A stretch of 64,000 nucleotides of DNA from NCBI GenBank assembly GCA_946965045.2, contig OX337230.1, positions 2,976,001-3,040,000 on the forward strand, given 5' to 3'. The notes beneath the pieces are model-generated. The model made no database searches. It worked only from the letters and a program-made list of their open reading frames with translations, and was not told the DNA's origin. Source of the stretch: Epithemia pelagica (taxonomy: Eukaryota > Protista > Bacillariophyta). Positions within the stretch are counted from its first letter, which is position 1; each line of letters opens with the position of its first letter. Below are positions 54,900 to 64,000 of the stretch, piece by piece. Both the position numbers and the translations under genes were made by a program.

Positions 54900-57800
54900 A
54901 TGCTTCTCATCGCCACCACGACCGTTTCGGGAAGAAAGCGAAAGGAAAGAGAACAGTCGCTTGCATCAGAATCACCCACATCGATGGCGACTCCTCTCAG
55001 CGAGAAAGATAGCGAAGATAAGGTAGCTATAGCCAATTCTTCTTCAACGATCTGCGATGCTGGAGTTTTGGAGAAAAGGCAAGGAGTGCTCAAGGCATGT
55101 GCAGGAGAACACAAAATTGGAATAGTTTGTCGCTCTACCCCTTTCTGGTTTTGGGCTGTGACGACCTTGGGACAGGTAATATGGATTGACCGGATAGAGG
55201 AATCCGACGCCACGATCTGCGAGACGGCCTCGGAACAATGGTCCTCATTGCTTGTACCGAAGAAGCCTCAAATGATTGGGTCCAAGCGGAGCTCCAATGG
55301 AAAGATGAAACCGGTTTGGCAAAACAAAACGACACATCGTCAAGAAGATGAGAAGCACTGGAACAAGGCTGATATTGTGTTCTTCGACGACGTTTCTCCC
55401 GGCCCACACCATCCTGTTTGGTTAGTTCAAGATGGACCAAAGTTCGTCATCTGGTGGAAAAGCAGAGCGTCTGCTGGACCTCCTTCTTCACTTGACTATT
55501 GGAAGACGGCCAAGCTGAGACTGGACCACGGCATCTTGGGAGGCGTCACCACCAATGTGGATTGGATGTTCATATCGACGAGGATGTGCCCGAAAGAAAG
55601 CACGAGTCGATCGTTTGAAGAATGGTGGGAAGGATCCATCGAGCCAGGACTGTCGTCAACAACAGTCCGGGGCATTGTTGATCCCACGCTGCATGGACGT
55701 CCAAAGTCAAAAATTGTTGGATCCGCCGAATTGTTGGATCGAAAACTAAATTGGAAGGTGGATCGTTGGCAGGAACATATACTGCCTAGCGTCTTTTCTC
55801 CCACGGGCTTTGTATCACGCAAGTTGGGGATACGGGAGTTGGCTTTGGGTCTTGACTTCCCCGCGGTGTTGAGTAAACGAGCAACCGACTCCGAACTGGA
55901 ACGCTGGATTGCTAAGATCGGTCCACCATTCAAAACACGGATTCAGGTGGCACATTTGTTGTGAAGATATTCTGAAGGTGTTACTTCAAAAGTGCTTTCT
56001 CCAGAAAGCAACTCAGAGTCGGACTCGAAAAGATCGACGACGGACCACTATGGAATGAAGGAGGACGACGGCGAAGTAGTTTCTCCTGACGACATAGATC
56101 CATCGTTGATTGTTGTTTCCAATCTTGAAGAAAGGGAAGAGGACCGAAATCTAAAGGCAACCAAGTCGGACGACGCCTCAATTCCGTATCACCTGTGGAA
56201 CGATCGCATACTGAGCCACTATTCCTTTGAGACAGCTACAGAAGTGAAAGAAGCGATCGATGCGTTGGACACAATTCGCAGAGGAGCACTCCGCTACTGA
56301 AAGCGAGAAGTCGCACAAGACTTTTGGACTTGGTGGCGTTTGCACTGCAAAAAGATGGACGACAGGGAAAGAAAGGCATCGATTGAATCAGGGTTGAGTG
56401 CTCTGCGACATTCTGCACTCGCTTCATGGTGGGACTGGGATCAGGGATCGTCACCCTTTTTCTGGAGAATGCCGGATCTTACCTGGATGACCGAAATGCG
56501 CGACGGAGTGAAGCCAATGTGGACAGGACCTCCGCCTAGATACTGAATTCCCCAGCGACCAAACCCAGACCCCATCAGTCTGAATTTAGAAAAGAAGAAG
56601 ATTGGGAAAGTGAGGCAGAGAGGATACATCGCACCACGTCCAGGTATCCTGTCGCTCACAAGCTTCTTTTCAGTCCCTAAGGGGACGGATGATATACGAA
56701 TGGTGTACGACGGCACCAAAAGTGGCTTGAACCACGCGTTGCACGCTCCTTGGTTCGGACTAGCAACGGTCGACACCATGTTAAGGACGGTAGAAGCGTG
56801 TACCTGGTCAGCCGACAACGATTTCGGGGAGATGTTCCTAAATTTTTGGATACACCCCAAAAGCCGCAAGTACACTGGCGTCAACCTTACCACCCTGTTT
56901 CCAGAAGAGATGGAAGACGAGAGCGGTACCAAAGGAAAGCGAAAGTGGGAAACTTGGGTGCGATGTGCTATGGGGGTAACCGTTTCCCCATATCAAACAA
57001 CCCAATGTTCACAAAGAGTCAAGCGAATTGTTTTTGGGTGTCGAACAGACCCAGACAACATTTTCCGATGGACCGAAGTTCGGCTGAATCTTCCTGGGAA
57101 CAACGATTATGACCCATCCAAGCCATGGATTTGCAAACTCAGAGAGGATGGACGAATTGCAATTGATGTCCGCACGTATGTGGACGACCTCAGAGAAACC
57201 GCACCAACTCAAGAAGAGGCCTGGTTAGCCGCAAGCACCATGGCCAAAGGCTCCGCACATTTTGGACTCCAAGACGCGGCTAGGAAACGGAGACCGCCAA
57301 GTCGGTCACCAGGAGCGTGGGCAGGTGCTGTCGTAGAAACCACAGACGATGCGATATACAAGACAGTCTCCCAAGAGCGATGGGATAAGACACGCAACCA
57401 CATAGCGTTGTTGAGAGAATGGTCGAAATCAGAAAAGGAGATCGACCGAAAAGAGTTAGAGAAGACAAGAGGGTTCCTGGTCTACGTGTCCTTGACTTAC
57501 CAAAGTCTCGTACCGTACTTGAAGGGAGTTCATCTTACCCTTGAATCGTGGAGACCCGACAGAGATGAGGAAGGCTGGAGGTTGAAATCGAAGGAACGGA
57601 ACGAGCTTTTGAATGACGCTGAGGTTAGGAAAATCGTCCAAGGACCGGCGCCAAAGACTGTAAGGAAGGCTCGTCGTTTTGATGACAACGTCAGGGCAAT
57701 GTCCGATTTAACAGCCTCTGAACAACCTCCAAAGCTCTTGGCCAGACCAAAGAAGGGAGCAAGCGTAGTAATCATATTCGGGGATGCCTCGGGCGAAGGA

Positions 57801-58709
57801 TTCGGCTCATCCCTTTGGGTGTACGGCTCGGAAGATGTTGAAACTGAACATGGGTTATGGACCCGGGAACATGGCGCTCGGTCGTCCAATTTCAGAGAAC
57901 TTTATAACTTGATTCTGCGACTAGAGTCATAGGTTGCATGTGGCAGATTGAAACAAGGGACGGAAGTATTCATGTTCACGGACAACTCGACAGCCGAGGC
58001 CGCGTTCTATCGAGGAACCTCCTCAACAAGACTGCTGTTTGAACTGGTTCTAAGAGCAAGAAAGTTAGAGATGAACGGTAACATTTTCATGCGAGTGGTC
58101 TGGGTGGCGGGTACTCGGATGATATCTCAAGGCACAGATGGACTGTCCAGAGGTGACTTAATGACAGGAGTCATGTCGGGAAATTCAATGCTGTTTTACG
58201 TACCTTTGAACAAGTCGTGTGAAGAGAGACAGCCTGGTGTGGTCGATTGGCTTATTAGAACGTCAGGAACGGGATTTTGGAATCTTCTGGACCCACAAGA
58301 TTGGTATGACAAGGGTTTCGAGCGCGGAAGATTCGTCTGGGCGCCACCGCCCGCAATAGCCAACGTCGCAGTAGACTTACTTTGCGATTTGAACCACATA
58401 CGCCCCGACAATGCCCACAATTTCGTTTGTCCAGCGCTCATGAGCAATCGCTGGCGCAAGAAACTGGGAAAGGTTGCAGACTTTGTCTTCACCATTCCGG
58501 TTGATTGTGACATCTGGAGCAAAGAGCAACATGAACCTCTAATAGCTGCGTTTGTTTGCCCTCATTTATCTTCCAGGCCATGGCAATTCTCCAAAGCAAA
58601 CAGAGTATTGGATGAGACAAGAACTGCCCTGTCTGAAATGTGGGCATCCGGTCCACCCACTGATGGGCGTTGTTTGCGCAAATTATGGACGTACCAGGGG
58701 TACGAGTAA
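54900..58709 (+). pseudogene. pol of the YR element (N-terminal extra domain - RT - RNase H - MT-like), one frame with four internal stops
   Basis: ORFs 54900, 55992, 56340, 56610 and 57948 all lie in one frame, with stops at 55962, 56298, 56544 (TGA) and 57930 (TAG). RT: FFSVPKG, IRMVYD, DFGEMFLNF, MG..VSPY, YVDD. RNase H: GDASG, SSNFREL, TDNS, DGLSRG. Post-RH FVWAPPP...FVCP...W. Confidence 0.88.
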
Positions 58710-60120
58710 ATTGTGCACAAGCGTTTGGCACGCCGGTTGTTATCGCCAAGATGAGCGAGACAGATTTCCCATCTTGGAGGCCGGCGATTTGGACGATGCA
58801 TTGTAGGATACAGAGGGACATGGCGAATTGGAAGATGATGAAAATCGCTTCAAAGAAGCGAGAGATGGAGACCATCTCATGTGCCCCTTTCAGTGCGACT
58901 CATGCACTTTTTATAACTTAAAGGGACGATATGCCAGAGAAGACTCGGAGCAAGACATGTTGTTAGCGGTGTGCATCCGTCGAGCGATTTTAGATTCCTT
59001 TTGGTCGAGAGAAAGATCAACCGTAGAGAAGAACACAAGAGAAATGAAGAATTTGCGAAACTTGGGCAAGTCAATTGGGCTTGATGAGCCATTGCCCGAG
59101 CGTGGCCCATTTCCAATCGGCGACACCCAGGGGGTTGGGATCGCCAGTTTGATGCTCATGAAAACCTTGAGTGTTGGAAGAAACGCAAAACACATACAAT
59201 ACGAGACGGCAAGAAAAGTAAGGTCAGTGGTGTCCTACTTTGCTCATACGTTGCCAGGATACACTGGATTGTCGACCATGGGAGGAAGCGACCGATCATC
59301 AATGATGTTTACTGCCAGCCCCACGAACTGCCTGTGGTTCAAAAGATTTATGGCTGGGTGTCACCGACGAATGGGTGACGTATGGATTCCAGACCGAGCA
59401 GTTACGTTAGACGAAGTTCACTGTGGATTGGAAATCCTGGAGGGGGGATGGAAGAAATCACCACAAGGACAACGACGACTGGAGCTAGCACTTACCGGTG
59501 CATTGGTGGTAATTGGATTCTGTGCGGCATTAAGAGGCGAAGAAATACCGCAGGTTGATGTTGGATTGCTGCGAAAATACTGGATGGAGGGCATTAACTA
59601 CACACCTGCTCCGCACATCCCTCTGGCACTCGCGGGCCATTTCAAGCAGACGCACGGCACCTTTCGCCTTTACATCCAACCGCTGGCCATCAAGACAGGA
59701 TCTGGAATAGAAACACGGGTATGGATCGGACGTGCTATCAAAGAGTTGGAACTGAGGAAAGTAACCTCAGGACCCATGTTTCGTCGAACGGACAAGACAG
59801 GAAAAACCAGACGAGCGCTAGTGGGAGACCTGGATCACCTGTTCCATAGTCTATGGAAGCGCATTCAACATCGAAGACCAGACTTGATGGCGGACAATAT
59901 CAAAGTCGATGAGGTGTACAGCGCGAGGCGATCTTTCAGACGGGGAGCCACCACAACTGCACAAAACCGAAAGATCAAGACCGAGGTAATTCAAATGAAC
60001 AATAGACGGCGGAAACACATTCGGAGCCGAGGAGTCTTGCCCGGAATGACAATGCTGGAGAGATACTCCGACGCGAAGACTGCAGTGGAAGCCTTGATTC
60101 AATTCTCAGCCGGAATGTAA
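58552..60120 (+). pseudogene. Tyrosine recombinase ORF of the YR element, one internal TAG (58804-58806), overlapping the pol 3' end
   Basis: Cys/His-rich N-terminus (CANY..C..WHAGC, CPFQCDSC), box I ALRGEE, box II SARRSFRRGATT, C-terminal MLERYSD carrying the candidate nucleophile Tyr. Confidence 0.85.
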
Positions 60121-60645
60121 GAATGGAGAAACAAGAGAGGAGTAAGAGCAAGGACAACAAGAAGCGGCGAAGCAGAGAAGACGAAGACAAGAAAGAGAAA
60201 TTACTTGCATGACCGAAATGGGGGAATTGGCTCAGCTCAACTCTTTGGAGTTGGCCTAGCTCGCTTGTCGTTGCCAGCTTGCCTGATGATAATCATGTAT
60301 GAAATCCTCCAAACGTTGACCAGGGCTTGGCAGCTCATGGAATATACGGCAGAGCACTTGTGAAGATATTTCGAGGTGTCTCTGGCTCCGTACTGGGGTT
60401 TGGATTGGGATGGATTCTTGGTTGGATTCACACTCGCGCGTAACGGACAGACCATGCCAGGATCCGAGTCCTGACATGACTGGAGCGAATCACGATTCTC
60501 GCCCACCTTGGGAAAGGAGGGTGGAGGGCATAGCCCCCCCAGAGTATTGGTATGCATAGTAATATATGTGTTATATCTATTTGGATGTGAGTTTGCACAC
60601 GAGAGCGTTGAGGAAGCACGACCGTTGGATGAGAAGCGAGGAACT

Positions 60646-60874
60646 AGTACCGCACCGTACTCAGGTCAAGAAGGGACCGACGGACGAACGACGAAGATGA
60701 ATGACGTGTCCCTCAACGAGATTGCACCTCCACGTCAGGATTGGTTGGGTGAAGTTGGAAGATACTTCCCCAACCAAATACAAAACGAACAAGAAGTTCA
60801 TAAGTTGACGAAAGGAAGCAACTGCAGTGAATACACGGATCTGATCACCCAGTGTTTTGTTGTGGTTTTTTCTT
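60646..60874 (+). repeat. Terminal direct repeat A copy 2 (229 bp)
   Basis: See copy 1. Confidence 0.95.
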
Positions 60875-60983
60875 CGTGGCTTGGAGCTTGGAGTACGAGT
60901 AGGAGGTAGGAGTAGTCCCTACGAGTACGAGTTACTCAGTACGAGTTACAATTTACAAGGGCGAGTACGAGGTACGAGTACCG
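60874..60983 (+). repeat. Repeat X copy 2 (110 bp)
   Basis: See copy 1. Confidence 0.92.
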
Positions 60984-61241
60984 AGTAGGAGTACGAGTAT
61001 TGAAGATCTTGACCTCAAGCAGATGGACAGGACAGACTTCAGACTAAGACAGATTTCACATCATCTGTTCCTTGAATTAAAAATTGACCGGTCTTCAACT
61101 GAGCGTAGTCCACGAGTATTGCCCACCTCCTTCTCTCTCATCAGATCAAGATCGTGCTGCGTGCTGACAGCTGACAAATGCGAACCGGAAGATTTTCTGA
61201 AAGCACGATGCTCACATTATCTCGCTTCTCTGACGGGAGTT

Positions 61242-62573
61242 ATGGCTTTTTGGTATCTTTTATTCCTTGTCCTTGTGCACAGCTTCAGATCCCGAGACTC
61301 TCATATCTCTGCCTTTGTGCTCTGGTCATACTCTACAAGTAAGACCTCTCACCTTACGAATACTGGTTCTATTTCCAAACCCTCTACTTCTATTGCCATG
61401 TCGGTGCAGGTTCTTAATGGTGTCGATGTTGATAAACTCGTTTCGACGGTTGGAGCAATTGCCTCAGACAAGGATGTGGGGCAGTTTGAATTCTGGTCCA
61501 TGACCGAATGGAAACAAGGTGCCGTGATTGAAACAACTTTCACTGGACACAAGCAATCCGGCGTTGACAGTACTCGCGAAAAGGCCCATACCTGGGGTGG
61601 TGATGAACCCCCTGGCTTGCTTGGAACGGGATTGTATCAAGGACCTACCGATTCGTTGTTGCATGCGATGTCGCATTGCATTACAGTCACCACAGCCTAT
61701 CACGGAGCCGCCCGTGGCATCAAGATCGACAAGATGACAGTCAAAGCGACTGGGAGTTTGGACTTACAAGGATTTTTGGGTCTCAATCCCACCAAACGCC
61801 CTGGATTTCGTGAGATTCATCTTCAAATGATGATTGATTCTCCTGCCTCGTCTCAAGAAGTGTATGACTTCTTTCGATTTGCGCAAGGTCACTCTCCCAT
61901 TTGTACCACAGTTCGCAGTCTTGTCCCCATTGAGTTTGACTTTGATGTCGATGTTGTCGATGAGAAAGATGCCTACACCGAGGATGACGAGACTCGTCAT
62001 GGCGTAAGCCATAAAGGTGTTTGCGACACCGTTCAAGGCGTCAAGGAAAATCCCGACTTGGGAACTGCGCGTTTCTTCACTGAAACGGAATGGAAGGGCG
62101 GTGCTCAAGTGGAAACAACGTTCTCCAAGTTTGAGCATCCTAAAGGGATTATTCAAGCTCGCGATGAACCTCTCGTGTTGGCTGGCGACGAGCCCACAGT
62201 TCTGCTGGGGAAGGACATTGGTCCTGGTCCTACTGAGACGGTGTTGCATGGGGTTGGAAATTGTATTTCTGTTGGAGCTTCGTACTTTGCCGCTGCTCAG
62301 AACATTAAGCTTCACGAGTTTTCGTTGGAATTTGATGGTGACGTGAACTTGCAAGGCTTTGCAGATGTCAATGACTTTGTCACTCCAGGATATTCGGCCA
62401 TTCGTGCAAAACTCAGGGCCCGAGCCTCAGGATGTACGAAGGAAGAGCTCCTGGCTTTTATGCAGACGTTGCCGGACCGTAGTCCAATTTGTGATTCGGT
62501 TGGCAAGCCCGTCCACACGACCTTTGGACTGACTCACAACGGAAAGGAGATTTCTGGCTTGGACGGGAACTAG
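61242..62573 (+). CDS. Protein with two tandem OsmC/Ohr-like domains, possible signal/plastid presequence (alternative start 61398)
   Basis: Two internally homologous halves: GVD...DEPPGLLG..GPTDSLLHAMSHC...DLQGF..PG...SPIC, and GVS...DEPTVLLG..GPTETVLHGVGNC...NLQGF..PG...SPIC. Hydrophobic N-terminus followed by ISA|FV. Confidence 0.8.
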   Translation: MAFWYLLFLVLVHSFRSRDSHISAFVLWSYSTSKTSHLTNTGSISKPSTSIAMSVQVLNGVDVDKLVSTVGAIASDKDVGQFEFWSMTEWKQGAVIETTFTGHKQSGVDSTREKAHTWGGDEPPGLLGTGLYQGPTDSLLHAMSHCITVTTAYHGAARGIKIDKMTVKATGSLDLQGFLGLNPTKRPGFREIHLQMMIDSPASSQEVYDFFRFAQGHSPICTTVRSLVPIEFDFDVDVVDEKDAYTEDDETRHGVSHKGVCDTVQGVKENPDLGTARFFTETEWKGGAQVETTFSKFEHPKGIIQARDEPLVLAGDEPTVLLGKDIGPGPTETVLHGVGNCISVGASYFAAAQNIKLHEFSLEFDGDVNLQGFADVNDFVTPGYSAIRAKLRARASGCTKEELLAFMQTLPDRSPICDSVGKPVHTTFGLTHNGKEISGLDGN

Positions 62574-62716
62574 GGTTGACCAGCATTAATCCAACCAGGA
62601 AGCCAGATGATGAAGAATGTACGCTGGGAACCAAAGCAGGCATATCAATGAAAAACTGCCAGTATAAAGACTAATGCCAAGATAATAATGAGTATCAACG
62701 AGAAGATTTAACGTTA

Positions 62717-62760
62717 CTCCCCCCCACCCCCACCCCCACCCCACACACACACACACACAC
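62717..62760. repeat. C-rich tract plus (CA)n microsatellite
   Basis: CCCCCCCACCCCCACCCCCACCCC followed by about 9 CA units. Confidence 0.85.
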
Positions 62761-63067
62761 AGACTCTTACTACGAGTATTGTAGAAATATAGTAGTGTAC
62801 TCGACATTCATTGCGGACGGCGGACGCTCCTTTTCTTAGGTAGCTTCCTTCGATCTACTGACAAGCCACCGACGGTAAGTTTTCCACGCAAAACTCTATA
62901 TCTGACATCTGACTGACCGTTGTTGTGACGTTCAGTAACGAAAAAGCGACGGGCGTATCTCCACGACTCACGAGATGATGCAAAGGCGCTCGCGATTCGT
63001 TCGACTATCTTGAACGACAGAAGACGAAAGAAAGTTACCACTGAGGAACATCTTAAATTGATTCACC

Positions 63068-64000
63068 ATGTTAGGAGGCGGATTCAGCTCGACAAAGCTT
63101 AAGACCCGTAAGTGTGAATATGGACCATTATTGTCGTCCGTTTCGGAATCAATCCAAGGGTCTTGTCTTTTTCTCATCTCCGTTTCTCCATCGACTGCTC
63201 CCAATAATTTTAGAGCTGAAGATGGCCGTAAGTCGGATCCAGATTGCGTCAAATAAGAAAACAGCTCTGTTGAAGCAGAGCATGCGCGAGGTTGCTGTCT
63301 TGTTGGCAGAAGAGCCACCGAAGGAAGAAATGGCAGGCATCAAAGCCGAGGCGTTAATTCGTGACGACCATTTGCTGGAAGCGTTGGAAATTATACAGTT
63401 GGAATGTGAAATGTTGCACGAACGAATCAAACTTATCGACTTTACCAAAACATGCCCACCAGACTTGGTTTCAGTGGTCTCAACTGTCATCTGGGCGTCT
63501 CATCGCGTTGACATTCCTGAGTTGCAACTTGTTCGAAAGCAGTTTCGTGCCAAATATGGCAAAAAGTTTGAAGAGAATGCCCTTGCGAATAGAGACAACG
63601 TATTGAACGATCGCGTGGTTGCAAAACTGTCGGTTCAACCTCCTGCAGCATACTTGGTACAGTGCTACCTGGAACGCATATGTGATCAGTTTGAAGTCGA
63701 ATGGAAGCCCAAGGTCAGGTTGAGCGCCTCACAATTGGTCGAACCAATGGTGGCACCTTCTGGCTATTCGGTTGGTGCTGGACAAGGAACAGGTACGTGT
63801 GCATGGTAAGGCGAATCTTTAGAGGCGAAAGGCAACTTGCTTATCGGGTTTGTTGTCTCTCCAGGGCTCGGAGGTTCCAAGATTGTAGAGTCAGTTGAAA
63901 ACGAAGCCCCGGCGGCGAATGTCGCAAAACCGCTTGGTCCTCCGCCAACAGCGCCGCCCGTGGTAACAGCAAAGCCCTATGTTCCCACAGCTTCCTCGAA
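63068..64000 (+). CDS. IST1: IST1 homolog (ESCRT-III-associated), 3'-partial; exons 63068-63107, 63214-63792, 63865-end
   Basis: Spliced N-terminus MLGGGFSSTKLKTQLKMAVSRI, then KAEALIRDD, CPPDL, IPELQLVRKQFRAKYGKKF, LVQCYLERIC. Introns 63108-63213 and 63793-63864 are GT-AG. Confidence 0.88.

Larger units (their letters stand above)
52218..60874 (+). mobile_element. Tyrosine-recombinase (DIRS-order, Ngaro/PAT-like) retrotransposon, coding-defective
   Basis: gag-like ORF, RT (YVDD), RNase H, DIRS-type MT-like segment and a tyrosine recombinase ORF, bounded by about 230-bp direct repeats. Confidence 0.92.

Noticed and set aside
54900-60120. Alternative genetic code (TGA/TAG read as sense) to explain in-frame stops in the YR element
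   Set aside because: Neighbouring host genes terminate at TGA and TAG normally (e.g. the kinase TGA at 2540-2542), both stop types occur, and gag also has a frameshift. Decay is the simpler explanation.
60508-60909. ORFs 60508-60909 and 52272-52520 sharing MNDVSLNEIAPP...
   Set aside because: The shared peptide simply reflects terminal repeat A, with no evidence of coding constraint.
62717-62760. G-quadruplex or (CA)n tract as a functional element; likewise the G13 run at 52596-52608
   Set aside because: Simple-sequence tracts are common, and nothing else in the sequence supports a function.
1-64000. rRNA, tRNA or other structured ncRNA genes
   Set aside because: No cloverleaf or conserved rRNA segment was recognised. 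A covariance-model scan would be needed to exclude small RNAs.

Overview
Gene-dense eukaryotic DNA, most consistent with a diatom. The basis is inference from short GT-AG introns, bipartite signal+'AF' plastid presequences, a CoDi-type copia element and the absence of operon structure. Host genes: an S6K-like AGC kinase (5' partial), a ZNG1/COBW GTPase, an EEF1AKMT4/METTL13-like methyltransferase, a NOT4-type RING + PUB-like protein, a plastid RluA-like pseudouridine synthase whose catalytic Asp is Gly, HCF101, a tyrosine aminotransferase-like enzyme, MCC alpha, two tandem DGAT2-family acyltransferases, TIMELESS, a PH+PP2C phosphatase, a double-OsmC protein, IST1 (3' partial) and several hypothetical proteins. 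Mobile DNA: (1) a young Ty1/copia element (4959-11557, minus strand) with identical 178-bp LTRs, a 4-bp TSD, a non-TGG primer site and a chromodomain-like segment; (2) three different TIR-bounded non-autonomous elements at 20.0-23.8 kb; (3) a tyrosine-recombinase (DIRS-order) retrotransposon (52218-60874) with an atypical X-A...A-X direct-repeat layout, a degenerate C5-methyltransferase-like domain ahead of RT, and many inactivating lesions despite near-identical terminal repeats. The YR element is the best candidate for an undescribed system. No rRNA, tRNA or CRISPR array was found. All protein identities come from motif recognition by eye, not database searches.
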